DNA of 64,000 nt from Candidatus Poribacteria bacterium (GCA_965242965.1 OZ251518.1:2112001-2176000), one strand, 5' to 3'; shown: positions 31,960-42,819, counted from the first letter of the stretch. The notes: a model not told the origin generated them from the letters alone. Numbers and translations are program-made.

Positions 31960-33453
31960 TTACAGCAACAGCCCTTTCTCAGCCATCGCGATGGCACTGA
32001 GCAGCGCGCGCGCCTTGTTCTGCGTCTCATGATACTCGTTTTCGGGAACGGAATCCGCGACGACACCGCCGCCCGCCTGCACATAAGCAACGCCGTCTTT
32101 GATGACAGCCGTTCGGATAGTAATCGCCGTGTCCGCGCTGCCCGAAAAACTGAAGTAACCGACTGCGCCGCCGTAGGGTCCTCGCCGCGTCGGTTCTAAT
32201 TCGTCAATGATTTCCATGGCGCGGATTTTCGGCGCGCCAGAGAGTGTCCCCGCCGGTAAGCACGAACGGATGACATCAAACGCCGACAGGTCTTCGCGCA
32301 GCTTGCCGATGACATGCGAGACAATGTGCATCACGTGCGAGAAGCGTTCAACTATCATCAGATCCGTGACTTCCACCGTGTGATAGTTACACACCCGCCC
32401 GAGGTCATTTCTACCCAGGTCAACGAGCATGACATGTTCGGCGCGTTCCTTCGGGTCCGCGAGGAGTTTCTGTTCTAATTCCCGGTCTTCCTCGGCGGTT
32501 TTGCCGCGCGGGAGAGTGCCGGCAATCGGGCGCGTCTGGACAAGTCCGTCCTCCACCCGCACCATCATCTCCGGCGATGCGCCGACAATATCAAAATCGC
32601 CAAACTTCAAATAATACATATAGGGCGACGGGTTGACAACGCGCAATGCCCGATAGACATCAAACCCATCAACGGAGACAGGACAACTAAATCGCTGTGA
32701 AGGCACAACTTGGATGATGTCGCCCGCGGCGATGTATTCTTTGGCGCGCCGTACTGCTTCTTCATAAGTCGGCTGCGTAAAATTCGATTCAATGCGCCGG
32801 TTGTGAGAGCCCTGCCCTCGTCCTATGGGCTTCGGTTCGTTTGCGAGGGGAGCGGCTTTGAGTTTTTCAACAATCGCGCCAATCCGTTCGATCGCCGTGG
32901 CGTAGGCGGCATCTATATCGCCATCGATGCGCGCGTTCGCCACAACCTTAATCTGATGGTTCACGTGATCGAACACCAGCAAGGTTTCGGCAAGCATGAA
33001 AAAACAGTCGGGCAGCGCGAGTTCGTCTTCTGTCTCATCGGGGAGTTCTTCGACGAAGCGCACCATGTCGTAACTCAGATAGCCTACCGCGCCGCCGTGG
33101 AATTGCGGTAACCCGTCTACCTGCACCGGGCGGTAGCGATGCATCACGTCTTCCAATGCTTGCAACGGGTCCTCGCATGTCAGCGTGGTCTTCTCGCCTT
33201 TTGCGAGATAATCAAGCGTCACCTGATGCCCTTTGCTATGGAAAAGCAGGGATGGCTGACTTCCCAAAAAGGAGTAGCGCGCGAGGGTTTCGCCGCCCTC
33301 AACGCTCTCCAAGAGGAACGCGAAATTATCGGGCATTAATTTGTAAAAAGCGGACACCGGTGTCTCCATATCAGCCAAAATGGGGCGATATACCGGGACC
33401 GTGTTTCCGAATTTCGCCTTCTCGCGAAATTCTTCCAAGGTCGGATAATACAT
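31960..33453 (-). CDS. trpE: Anthranilate synthase component I
   Basis: [41 protein letters not shown]. Confidence 0.97.
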   Translation of the reverse strand: MYYPTLEEFREKAKFGNTVPVYRPILADMETPVSAFYKLMPDNFAFLLESVEGGETLARYSFLGSQPSLLFHSKGHQVTLDYLAKGEKTTLTCEDPLQALEDVMHRYRPVQVDGLPQFHGGAVGYLSYDMVRFVEELPDETEDELALPDCFFMLAETLLVFDHVNHQIKVVANARIDGDIDAAYATAIERIGAIVEKLKAAPLANEPKPIGRGQGSHNRRIESNFTQPTYEEAVRRAKEYIAAGDIIQVVPSQRFSCPVSVDGFDVYRALRVVNPSPYMYYLKFGDFDIVGASPEMMVRVEDGLVQTRPIAGTLPRGKTAEEDRELEQKLLADPKERAEHVMLVDLGRNDLGRVCNYHTVEVTDLMIVERFSHVMHIVSHVIGKLREDLSAFDVIRSCLPAGTLSGAPKIRAMEIIDELEPTRRGPYGGAVGYFSFSGSADTAITIRTAVIKDGVAYVQAGGGVVADSVPENEYHETQNKARALLSAIAMAEKGLLL

Positions 33454-33627
33454 GTTTTTGTTGTTCCTAGCGGTAGTTTGACAGTTTCTGAGGTTTTAAC
33501 GTTTTTTCCCCAGGTCGCATTGACGTTGTCAATGCTTACGTTACTGCAACTATCGCTTATTATTGAAAGGGCGGATGTCTCTATCTGCCTTGAGGCGCGC
33601 TTTGAAAGCGCGCCTACTAATCCTGCC

Positions 33628-34008
33628 CTAATACACTGATTCTGCGTCAAAAACCTTCTCGCCTACCACACGCGTGGATTCGCCATCGGGGGAGACTTCC
33701 CGAAAGAAGCAGGAGCGATAGCCGGCGTGGCACGCTGCGACTTTCTGCTCAACCTTGATAAGCAGGGCATCGCCATCGCAATCAACAGCGATAGATTTGA
33801 CGTGCTGCGTATGCCCGGAAGTCTCCCCCTTTATCCAGAGTTTCTGGCGGGAGCGGCTCCAGAAGCAGACGCGGCCCGTGTTGAAGGTCGCGGTGATTGC
33901 CTCAGCGTTCATATATCCGAGCATCAACACTTGGTTATTTGTTTCGTCCTGAATGATGGCCGCGACGAGTCCATCGCGGTCGAATTTGATTTCTGATAAG
34001 ATTTGCAT
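33628..34008 (-). CDS. hisI: Phosphoribosyl-AMP cyclohydrolase
   Basis: [31 protein letters not shown]. Confidence 0.96.
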   Translation of the reverse strand: MQILSEIKFDRDGLVAAIIQDETNNQVLMLGYMNAEAITATFNTGRVCFWSRSRQKLWIKGETSGHTQHVKSIAVDCDGDALLIKVEQKVAACHAGYRSCFFREVSPDGESTRVVGEKVFDAESVY

Positions 34009-34057
34009 TTTTTTATTTCCGCGCTTAATATTGCGCGGCCTGTAGAGTAATGATAGC

Positions 34058-34385
34058 ATGGCGAGGGACAAGCCCCTGCCCTACGGTGAGGAACAGCATT
34101 CTTTTTCGTAGCGCGGGGGCCTGTCCCCCGCGATCGTGGCACGGCGAGGGACAGGCCCTCGCCCTACGATAGGGACGGCTTTTTTCCTCGTAGCGCGGGG
34201 GGCCTGTCCCCTGCGATCGTGGCCCTACGGTGAGGGACGGCATTTTTTTCGTAGCGCGGGGGCCTGTCCCCCGCGATCGTGGCATGGCGAGGGACAGGCC
34301 CTCGCCCTACGGTGAGTGACGGCATTTTTTTTCGTAGCGCGGGGGCCTGTCCCCCGCGATCGTGGCCTACGGGAGGAACAGCATT
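34058..34385. repeat. Tandem array of A/A' REP doublets
   Basis: About four ~80-bp units GCGAGGGACAGGCCCTCGCCCTACGGTGAG...GTAGCGCGGGGGCCTGTCCCCCGCGATCG. Confidence 0.9.
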
Positions 34386-34392
34386 CTTCCAC

Positions 34393-35487
34393 TTAACGAC
34401 ACGCCAGCAATTTTACACAGACAGGCATCGGCACTTCGGTGACGTGTCCCGTCGCGTTGAGCGCGCCGGTTTCGGTATCAATCGCAAACGTGACAATCGT
34501 ATCCGTTTGTTGATTCGCGGCGAAGAGGAACGTGCCTTCCGGATTCAAACCGAAATTGCGCGGCGTTTTCCCCTGCGTCGATTCATAACCGATAGAGGTG
34601 AGCAATCCGGTCTCCTCGTCGATTCCGCAGATGGCGATGCTATCGTGTCCACGGTTCGAGCCGTAGAGGAATTTCCCGTTGGGATGCACATGCACATCGG
34701 CGCAGTGACTCGTCCCATCAAAATCCGCTGGCAGCGTGGAGAGCGTCTGAAACTCGGTCAGCGTGCCAGCCTCACCGTCGTAGGCAAACGCCGTGAAGGT
34801 AGAGTCTAACTCGTTGATTACATAGGCGAATTTGCCGTTCGGATGGAAATCGAAGTGGCGCGGTCCTGCGCCCGGATGCACGCGCACCCACGGTTGCGCA
34901 TTCGGCGTTAACGTGCCGTTTTCGGCATCAAGGCGATAAATCAAGATTTTATCCAGCCCGAGGTCTGGCGAAAAGGCGTAACGGTTGCCCGGGTCGATCA
35001 TAATCGCGTGCGCGTGCGGCTCCATCTGCCGCTGCGGATTGATGCTGGAACCTTGATGCTGAACGAAATCGGATGCCTCACCAAGTCTGCCATCGGATTC
35101 TATCGGAAAAGCGACAACGCTGCCGCCACCGTAATTCGCGATAAGCAGGAATTTCCCGGTTGCATCGACGCTCAGGTGACACGGCGCGCCGCCTCCGGTC
35201 GCGCGTTTATTGAGGAAACTAATCTCCCCGGTGTCCTGATGGATGTAAAACGCCGTGACGGAACCGCTCGGCTTGCCTTCGTATTCGTTGAGTTCGTTGA
35301 CAGCGTAGAGATACTTGCCGCTTGGGTGAATCTCCACGAACGAGGGATGTTCAACGCCGCTCGCCTTGCTGGAATACTCCAACGCGCCTGTCGCGCCATC
35401 AAGGCGATAGACGTAGATGCCCTCGCTGTCGCTGTGTGTATAAGTGCCAACATAAACGAAATAGTCTTGACTCGTTTGTTGCGCCAT
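34393..35487 (-). CDS. pgl: 6-phosphogluconolactonase (beta-propeller lactonase family)
   Basis: YVGTYT, ANYGGG, PHAH, GAGPRH, SNRGHDS, PRNF. Confidence 0.88.
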   Translation of the reverse strand: MAQQTSQDYFVYVGTYTHSDSEGIYVYRLDGATGALEYSSKASGVEHPSFVEIHPSGKYLYAVNELNEYEGKPSGSVTAFYIHQDTGEISFLNKRATGGGAPCHLSVDATGKFLLIANYGGGSVVAFPIESDGRLGEASDFVQHQGSSINPQRQMEPHAHAIMIDPGNRYAFSPDLGLDKILIYRLDAENGTLTPNAQPWVRVHPGAGPRHFDFHPNGKFAYVINELDSTFTAFAYDGEAGTLTEFQTLSTLPADFDGTSHCADVHVHPNGKFLYGSNRGHDSIAICGIDEETGLLTSIGYESTQGKTPRNFGLNPEGTFLFAANQQTDTIVTFAIDTETGALNATGHVTEVPMPVCVKLLACR

Positions 35488-35629
35488 CTTTCATCTCCTT
35501 TTTCTGTATTTCGCATGCTTCGGGATATGACAATTCTTCTGTGCTTAGTGCAGCCTACCTGTAATTTAAGGATACCATAAAATTTGTGGAATGTCAAGGG
35601 AAGATTCGGATTCCAAAAACGCATAAAAA

Positions 35630-36105
35630 CGCGTCCCCAATACCGTCCCTAACACCATTCCCAACACCATCTCCCATACCGTCCCCAACACCACCCCTCA
35701 CACCGTAGGGCGAGGGCCTGTCCCTCGCCAGGCACCGGTCTGAGCCGCAAACATCCGGAGTCTCTGGGCTGCGGGCGTTTTCCGTTTCGGTTGCGAGATC
35801 GCGGGGGACAGGCCCCCGCGCTACGGGTATCAAGGCGGTTTCCCCTTCACCGAAGGGCGAGGGCCTGTCCCTCGCCAGGCACCGGGCTGAGCCGCAAACA
35901 TCCGTGGGCTCTGGGCTGCGGGCGTTTTCCGTTTCGGTCGAGCGATCGCGGGGGACAGGCCCCCGCGCTACGGGTGTCAAGGCCGTTTCCCCTTCACCGA
36001 AGGGCGAGGGCCTGTCCCTCGCCATGCCTCGGAATTACAGGGGGCCTGTCCGGCAATCGTTCCCTTTCCTGATATGAACATCAAGACCGGGAGAACTCGC
36101 CTACG
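35630..36105. repeat. 12-bp degenerate tandem repeat followed by a 147-bp tandem REP-doublet duplication
   Basis: ACCRTCCCYAAY-like unit about 6 times; unit starts at 35701, 35848 and 35995. Confidence 0.85.
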
Positions 36106-36121
36106 GACAGCCGGTGGTTTT

Positions 36122-37729
36122 TTATACGACATCAACCGTAATCGCGCGCTCAGCACTCTCCTGATAACCGATCCGAACCGCCTTCGCGCGGACCGCCGTT
36201 TGCCCTTTCGGGATACGCAGCGGTTCTGTGTATAACCGCCAACGCGCATCGTCCCCTGAATCTGTCGTCCAAGCGATAGACGCACCGTGCGTAGCACAGT
36301 GAAGTTGCAGAAGCAACGGTGCCTCCCATTGTCCACCCGATTCGGAGACTTCGGTGCCAGGGTTCGCCGCACTGATTGGAATGAAAATCGGTGCCGCGGT
36401 TTTCGGTTGTTCGCCGTTCGGGTACCACCTCGCGAGCATCTGTTCTTCAGGGATGTCTCCCATGTCGCCGAAATCGGATTGCCATTGCGCCAGCGCGCCG
36501 CGCATCCGTTCCAGCACATCAACGTGCGCCGCATCCGATGCCAAGTTGTTGAGTTCATACCGGTCGTTCGCAACATCGTAGAGCTCCTCAGCCGGGCGCG
36601 GATATTGGAACATCACCGCCGCATCGCCTTCTAATTCTCCCGCCGCATGGAGCCGCCACATCTCCTGCATGATAGGATGCCGATTGCGATACGGAATCCA
36701 GAGCAGATACGGCTTTTCGGGGTAATAATTCCTGATGTATTTATACCGTTTATCGCGCACGGCGCGCACCATGTCGTAAGACTCATCATACCGGTCGCGG
36801 GTGGCGAAGATATACTCCCGTTCCCTCGCGTGCAGACCCAGGAAGGGTTGTCCCTGCAGATGTTGCGGTGCCTCCACGCCACACAACGATAACACCGTCG
36901 GACCCAGGTCGATGAGACTCACCAATTGTTCCCTGACGCTGTCCGGCGGCAATTCACCGGGCCAGCGCACAATCAGCGGAATCCGAATGCCGGCATCATA
37001 GGGCCACCGTTTGCCGCGCGGGAGTCCCTCACCGTGGTCACTCCAGAGAAAGACGATGGTATTCTCGGCGAGGTCATCTTCTTCCAACTGAGCCAAGAGT
37101 TCCCCGACGCGCGCATCGGCGGTGGCGAGGTTATCGTAGTGGCGCGCCAATGCCTCACGCGATTTCGGTGTATCCGGCAGATAAGGCGGCAATTGCACGT
37201 CGTCAGGATTTGTCGTCAACGGACGGCCGTTTTCGCGCTCCCACATCCCACTTTCGTGCGTGACGGTAGGGTTGAAAACCGAAAAGAACGGCTGTCCCTC
37301 TTCCCGATTCCGCCAATGCCCGGTGTTGCTACAGTCATCCCATGCTGTGCTTGGCGGCGTGAACTGATAATCGGTCTTGCTATTGTTCGTGCAATAATAG
37401 CCTGCGCCGCGGAGATATTCCGTGAACGTCTTGACATAAGGCGGCGGCACAGCGGAATACGGTGTCGGCATGTCGGGCGTATGCTGGTTCGTGTGCGCTG
37501 TCCGCATGTGATGCGTGCCGATGGAGGTCTGGTACATACCGGTGATAATCGCCGAGCGGCTGGGCGCGCAGACACCGGCGGTGGAGAACGCGTTCGGGAA
37601 TCGGCATCCGCCTGCGGCAAGCCGGTCGATATTCGGTGTCCGCGCGACCGGGTCACCGTAGCAACCGAAGCGCGGGGTTGTATCTTCTAACGAAATCCAA
37701 AGAATGTTCGGGCGATTTGGTGTGTTCAT
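36122..37729 (-). CDS. Sulfatase (Cys-type)
   Basis: PNILWISLED, CAPSRSAIITG, SDHG. Confidence 0.93.
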   Translation of the reverse strand: MNTPNRPNILWISLEDTTPRFGCYGDPVARTPNIDRLAAGGCRFPNAFSTAGVCAPSRSAIITGMYQTSIGTHHMRTAHTNQHTPDMPTPYSAVPPPYVKTFTEYLRGAGYYCTNNSKTDYQFTPPSTAWDDCSNTGHWRNREEGQPFFSVFNPTVTHESGMWERENGRPLTTNPDDVQLPPYLPDTPKSREALARHYDNLATADARVGELLAQLEEDDLAENTIVFLWSDHGEGLPRGKRWPYDAGIRIPLIVRWPGELPPDSVREQLVSLIDLGPTVLSLCGVEAPQHLQGQPFLGLHAREREYIFATRDRYDESYDMVRAVRDKRYKYIRNYYPEKPYLLWIPYRNRHPIMQEMWRLHAAGELEGDAAVMFQYPRPAEELYDVANDRYELNNLASDAAHVDVLERMRGALAQWQSDFGDMGDIPEEQMLARWYPNGEQPKTAAPIFIPISAANPGTEVSESGGQWEAPLLLQLHCATHGASIAWTTDSGDDARWRLYTEPLRIPKGQTAVRAKAVRIGYQESAERAITVDVV

Positions 37730-37884
37730 GGGTGCTTCCTGTTAAACATTTATGATAGTATACCCGAATTTCAAAGGAATGTCAATTTTTCTTCCAACCT
37801 AAAGTTTTGAAAAGGAAATTTACATTCCGCGCCGGCGGTTTTTTGTTTCCACTTGACAACTAACCCCACCTCACATAAAATGAG

Positions 37885-38259
37885 GGTAGGAGAGACTTCC
37901 TGGTCTCGATGCAATACCGTAGGAGAGACCTCCTGGTCTCGATTTCCGTAAGGCGAGGGCCTGTCCCTCGCCATCGTTCGCGCGCGTAAGGATCGCGGGG
38001 GACAGGCCCCCGCGCTACGGTAACGGGACATCTTCTTTACAGAACGGCACCCCCTCTCACCGTAGGGCGAGGGCCTGTCCCTCGCCATGTCTCGGCACCC
38101 CGAACGATCGCGGGGGACAGGCCCCCGCGCTACGGTGAAAAATACGCCGCCCCTTTACGTAGGGCGAGGGCCTGTCCCTCGCCGCCGGATCTTGACCCGT
38201 TCGGGATTAGGCGAGCCCGAACTACAGAGGTGGGCCCGATGCTTTTATGAAACACTCTC
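37885..38259. repeat. REP cluster ending in a MITE terminus
   Basis: B, A/A' and D units; ends TTTATGAAACACTCTC. Confidence 0.88.
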
Positions 38260-38297
38260 ACATAAAATATCAACTGCAACACATCAGGAGAAACAGA

Positions 38298-39257
38298 ATG
38301 CCAACCCTTACCGCCGCACAACTTACCCAAATTTGCCGGAACGTCTTCAGGAAATGGGACGTGTCAGCGGCAGAAGCCGAGATCGTTACCCAATCCATGG
38401 TGGACGCAAACCGCGTCGGACACGATTCACACGGTGTTATCCATCTGCCGAAATATGTGCGAGAATTGGAAGCCGGACTCATTCAACCGGGGGCACCGAT
38501 TGAAATTGTGCAAGAATCCGCTTCAATCGCCGTGCTAGACGGGCATTGGGGATTCGGGCCTGTCATTGCGACGCGCGCCGTTGAAATCGCAATTCAGAAA
38601 GCGAAGCAAACGGATGTCAGCACCGTCGCGGTCTCGCGATGCAATGAGGTAGGTAGGTTAGGCGGATACGCCAGTCTTGCTGCGGATGCCGGGATGATCG
38701 GAGTGTTGATGGCGAATGACCACGGTGGCGGCACCTGCGTCGCACCGCACGGCGGCACCGAAGGCAGACTTTCTACTAATCCCATCGCCTGCGCTGTGCC
38801 GATTTGCGGTAAACAGCCGATTGTGCTGGATATGGCTACCAGCGTTGTCGCCTCTGGAAAGATGCGTCTCAAACAGCATCAAGGCGAGGCACTGCCGCCT
38901 GAATGGCGCGTGAATGCGGACAGCGAGGTTCTCGTGCCGTTCGGGGGTTACAAAGGTTTCGGGCTTAGCGTGATTGTGGACATTCTGGCGGGCGCGCTGA
39001 CAGGGGCAGGGTGCAGCCGCAGTGAAGCCGCACGCGTCGGCAATGGGTTGTTTGTCATGGTGCTCAACATCGCCAGTTTTCGCGGTTTTCCCGGCTTCAG
39101 TGCGGAAATAGAACGGTTTATTGCGTATCTCAAATCGGAAAAGTGCGCGGATATTCGGGTGCCGGGTGAACGTGGGTTTCAAGAACAGCGCAAACGGGAA
39201 CGGATGGGAATTCCGATAGACGCGGAAACGTGGCGGCAGATTCAGGAATTACGGTAA
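38298..39257 (+). CDS. Ldh_2 family oxidoreductase (malate/L-lactate dehydrogenase type 2)
   Basis: GHDSHGV, STNPIA, LDMATS, GGYKGFGL, VPGE. Confidence 0.92.
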   Translation: MPTLTAAQLTQICRNVFRKWDVSAAEAEIVTQSMVDANRVGHDSHGVIHLPKYVRELEAGLIQPGAPIEIVQESASIAVLDGHWGFGPVIATRAVEIAIQKAKQTDVSTVAVSRCNEVGRLGGYASLAADAGMIGVLMANDHGGGTCVAPHGGTEGRLSTNPIACAVPICGKQPIVLDMATSVVASGKMRLKQHQGEALPPEWRVNADSEVLVPFGGYKGFGLSVIVDILAGALTGAGCSRSEAARVGNGLFVMVLNIASFRGFPGFSAEIERFIAYLKSEKCADIRVPGERGFQEQRKRERMGIPIDAETWRQIQELR

Positions 39258-39440
39258 AAAAAACGCCGTCCCTTTACGTAGGGCGAGGGCCTGTCCCTCG
39301 CCATTGTCCGCGTATTCCAACGAGCGCGGGGGACAGGCCCCCGCGCTCGGTAGTTCCGTCATCATCGTAGGGCGAGGGCCTGTCCCTCGCCATGCCGCGC
39401 TAAGCGGAAGATCACGGGGGACAGGCCCCCGCGCTACGGT
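39257..39440. repeat. REP cluster (A/A')
   Basis: Two inverted A/A' doublets. Confidence 0.88.
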
Positions 39441-39467
39441 AAGCGAGACGCGTGTGGGTGCGGCGGC

Positions 39468-39731
39468 TTAACTTTGCCCGGCCGCACCGTTCCCCGCGCC
39501 ATCGCTGGTGGCATCCAAAACCTTTTGGAAGTCGGCCACGGAATCGGCCAGGGCCGCCGCCTCAAATAACGCCTCCAGTCGTTGCGCGTTTTCAATCAAG
39601 GCCAACGCTGGCTTAAACGCACCCGCAACATCCGGCTGCAAACGCAATTCAAGCAACCTCAGGATGTCCTCGCGGCGTGTATCCCTGATGGCATGCCCCG
39701 CTAAGTGTTCAACAATCGGTGCTACGTCCAT
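39468..39731 (-). CDS. Putative internally initiated small Rpn protein (RpnS-like antitoxin), 87 aa
   Basis: In-frame AAGGAGG-ataacg-ATG at 39744-39729 inside the Rpn gene. Confidence 0.6.
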   Translation of the reverse strand: MDVAPIVEHLAGHAIRDTRREDILRLLELRLQPDVAGAFKPALALIENAQRLEALFEAAALADSVADFQKVLDATSDGAGNGAAGQS

Positions 39732-40376
39732 CGTTATCCTCCTTATCATCTCTAAAATCGTCGCAGTGTCGTAAATCGCACTGGCCAATGTCGCCAAGCT
39801 CCCTAACAAGTCCAACTTGTGCGGCACAGACAGCCCATCAACGGTTTCAATGCATCGCTGAAGCCACGCATCAGCAGAGACATCCGCCGCCGGCCGCATC
39901 AACGGCGTGAACGGCAACAAACCGGGCAGCTGCGCATCCAGAATCGCCTGCCCTTCCAAATCGGCCAAGCGGATAACTTCGTATTCTATCAACACCTGAT
40001 GCCCGACAATCTCCTGAGCAAAGAAACCCACATCCTGCACACCGGCATCCGGCCGAAGATAAATCACATGCGAATACACATCCATCCGATACTTTTCTAT
40101 CAACCGGATGATATACCCCGCCATTCGCAGGGCCATCGGCGGATCGAAACTATCTGTCGTCTGAATCTCAAAATGCACCAACACATCTGTCCCGCGCAGG
40201 TTGACTTTGATGAGCACATCCGCTTGGCGCATATCCACGGCGGGAAGTTCCGGGGTGATGAGTTCTACATCGGAGAACTCATCGGGGCGAATGCCTCGTA
40301 GGTTGAAGGCGAAGGCCACGAAGTCGCGTGGATGCTGCTGCATGACGCGTTTCGAGGCACTGTCAAAAGATACCAT
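39468..40376 (-). CDS. Rpn/YhgA-like PD-(D/E)xK nuclease
   Basis: FDSASK, RQADVL...HFEIQT, MALRMAGY, VIYL, VIRL, LLPFTPLM. Confidence 0.85.
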   Translation of the reverse strand: MVSFDSASKRVMQQHPRDFVAFAFNLRGIRPDEFSDVELITPELPAVDMRQADVLIKVNLRGTDVLVHFEIQTTDSFDPPMALRMAGYIIRLIEKYRMDVYSHVIYLRPDAGVQDVGFFAQEIVGHQVLIEYEVIRLADLEGQAILDAQLPGLLPFTPLMRPAADVSADAWLQRCIETVDGLSVPHKLDLLGSLATLASAIYDTATILEMIRRITMDVAPIVEHLAGHAIRDTRREDILRLLELRLQPDVAGAFKPALALIENAQRLEALFEAAALADSVADFQKVLDATSDGAGNGAAGQS

Positions 40377-40393
40377 AAACCCTCCTTGAAAAA

Positions 40394-40682
40394 TAGGGCG
40401 AGGGCCTGTCCCTCGCCACGCTGCGTTAATCGGAAGATCGCGGGGGACAGGCCCCCGCGCTACGGTGCAAAAAAACGCCGTCCCCTTCACGTAGGGCGAG
40501 GGCCTATTACCCCTGTAGGTCAGGATCGCCTGATCCTGACCCGTTCGGGAGCGGGCGCTCCCGAACTACAGAGGTGGCCCCGATGCCTGCCGGTAGGAGG
40601 GACATCCTTGTCCCGATAACCACATCAGCAAAACGCATCGAGACCAGGAGGTCTCTCCTACACGGATTTATGAAACACCCTC
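40394..40682. repeat. REP cluster ending in a MITE terminus
   Basis: A/A', D, C and B units; ends GGATTTATGAAACACCCTC. Confidence 0.88.
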
Positions 40683-40698
40683 AGATTAATAGCAGCGG

Positions 40699-41781
40699 CT
40701 AAATAGCGGTTAACGACTCTCCTGTCTCCGGATGAAACAGATGCGCTTTGTCCATGTTGAAATGGACATTCAGCCGCGCATCGTGCTTCGGCACAGTGAC
40801 ACCATCGGATTGCACAATAAAATGGCTATCCCCCGCACGGAGATAGAGGAGGACATGGTTACCCAGCGGCTCCACTAACTCCACCTGCGTTGTCACAACA
40901 TTCTTCGATGCGTCGCCGACCTGGATGTCCTCGGGCCGGATACCGAGCGTCACCGAATCATCTGAAAAATCTTGCAACTTTTCGCGAAGCCGGGGAGTCA
41001 ACTGCACTTCAAACCCTTCAAATTGGAGCGTTTCGCGGTGCATGCGCGTCTCAATGAAATTCATCGGCGGTGTGCCGATAAAGCCGCCCACAAACTGGTT
41101 CGCCGGGTTATGATACAGCGTGCCCGGGTCGGCAATCTGCTGGATTTTCCCCTCGTTGAGGACAACAATCTGGTCCCCCATCGTCATCGCTTCAACCTGG
41201 TCATGCGTGACATAAACGATGGTGGCGTTGAGTCTGTCGTGCAGTCGGCTAATCTCCATCCGCATTTGCACGCGCAGTTTCGCATCGAGGTTACTCAGCG
41301 GTTCATCGAATAGAAACACCTTTGGATGTCGGACTATCGCGCGGCCGACAGCGACGCGCTGCCGTTCGCCGCCGGAGAGATGCTTCGGCTTCCGTGCTAA
41401 CAGATGCGAGATGCTCAGGATATCCGCCGCCTCGCGCACTCGCTGTTCAATCTCCGCTTTCGGATACTTGCGCAGTTTCAACCCGAACGCCATGTTTTTA
41501 TACACCGTCATGTGCGGATAGAGCGCGTAATTCTGGAAGACCATGGCGATATCCCTATCCTTCGGCGGCATGTCGTTGATGCGCTCGCCATCAATATAAA
41601 TGTCGCCTGCGGTTATCTCTTCCAGCCCGGCGATCATCCGCAAAATCGTCGATTTGCCGCAGCCTGACGGGCCGACAAGCACGGTGAAGCACTCATCAGG
41701 AATTTGAAAATCTGCTTGTTCAACGGCGAGGACATCGCCATCGTAAATTTTGGTGACATCCTTTAAGGTGACGTGTGCCAT
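40699..41781 (-). CDS. Sugar ABC transporter ATP-binding protein (MalK/UgpC/MsmX family)
   Basis: GPSGCGKST, VFQNYALYPHM, LSGGERQR, DEPLSNLD, THDQ. Confidence 0.95.
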   Translation of the reverse strand: MAHVTLKDVTKIYDGDVLAVEQADFQIPDECFTVLVGPSGCGKSTILRMIAGLEEITAGDIYIDGERINDMPPKDRDIAMVFQNYALYPHMTVYKNMAFGLKLRKYPKAEIEQRVREAADILSISHLLARKPKHLSGGERQRVAVGRAIVRHPKVFLFDEPLSNLDAKLRVQMRMEISRLHDRLNATIVYVTHDQVEAMTMGDQIVVLNEGKIQQIADPGTLYHNPANQFVGGFIGTPPMNFIETRMHRETLQFEGFEVQLTPRLREKLQDFSDDSVTLGIRPEDIQVGDASKNVVTTQVELVEPLGNHVLLYLRAGDSHFIVQSDGVTVPKHDARLNVHFNMDKAHLFHPETGESLTAI

Positions 41782-41826
41782 CGTTTCTCCAAAAGTAGAT
41801 ATCAGCACGCCCTATAAAAGAGGACG

Positions 41827-42819
41827 TTATCGCGAAGCCGCTTCCTCTTTTTCCGCCGCCTGCTTCGCCGCGTTTTCTTTTACCAATTCGCCAACGGCAG
41901 TTTCAAGCGCGTGACCGCGGAGGTTCGATTTGCGGACAATGCCTTCGCCATCAATCAGGAAGGTTGTCGGAATCGCTCGGACGTTATACATGTTGGCGAT
42001 TCTGCCATCGGCATCCAAATATTGCGGCCAGGCAATCTCCTCTTGCGCTATATACGCCTCAAGCGGCGGCTTACCCCTGTCTAGACTGATGCCGATAATC
42101 TCAAAATCCTTGTCGCGGTATTTCGCATACGTTTTTTTCACGTGCGGCATTTCGGTGCGACAGGGCCCGCACCACGTCGCCCAAAAATCGAGCAGGACGA
42201 CTTGCCCCCGATAATCGGCTAACGAGAGCTTCTCGCCTTTCAGATTCTTTACCTCAAAATCCTTTGCCGGCTTTCCAACGAACGCGCTCGCCGGTGGGCC
42301 GAAAGGATTTGGCTCTTCGCCGTTTCGTTCGCTCTCGTCCAACGCAAGAATCTTCGCCGCAATCTTCGCTTGCGCGCGTGAGCCATACTTCGGATGGCTC
42401 ACCAACTTCTCATAAGACTCATCCGCCTTGTCGTGCTTGCCGAGTTTGTCGTAAGCCAGACCCAATTCCAGCAGACTGCGCTCAGTGTAGCGCGCCGACG
42501 GATAGTCCTTAACGAGTTCCTCAAAGACAGCGATGCCTTCCTCCGGCCGTTCTAAACGTATTAAGGCGTTGCCGAGGCGATAGTAAACCTCGTCCACCCG
42601 TTTGTATTTCGGGTGTGCCTTGATAAACGCTCGCGATTTTTCTACCAGGTTCTCAAATGCCGCGGGCTCGCTGTTGTGCGTGAGCTTTTTCGCAATCGCC
42701 TTGATTTCCTGATATTGGTAACCTGCCTTCACCGATGCGGCATCGGCGAAACTCACACAAAAGACTAGCAGCATCAGGCTGGCACACACGAGGATGCGCG
42801 TTCTGTTTTGGGAGAACAT
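41827..42819 (-). CDS. Exported TPR + TlpA-like thioredoxin/redoxin protein
   Basis: Signal peptide, TPR helices, DFWATWCGPC, AIPTTFLID. Confidence 0.88.
   Translation of the reverse strand: MFSQNRTRILVCASLMLLVFCVSFADAASVKAGYQYQEIKAIAKKLTHNSEPAAFENLVEKSRAFIKAHPKYKRVDEVYYRLGNALIRLERPEEGIAVFEELVKDYPSARYTERSLLELGLAYDKLGKHDKADESYEKLVSHPKYGSRAQAKIAAKILALDESERNGEEPNPFGPPASAFVGKPAKDFEVKNLKGEKLSLADYRGQVVLLDFWATWCGPCRTEMPHVKKTYAKYRDKDFEIIGISLDRGKPPLEAYIAQEEIAWPQYLDADGRIANMYNVRAIPTTFLIDGEGIVRKSNLRGHALETAVGELVKENAAKQAAEKEEAASR

Noticed and set aside
34058-34385. Second CRISPR-like periodic array
   Set aside because: Alternating inverted REP doublets with near-identical spacers
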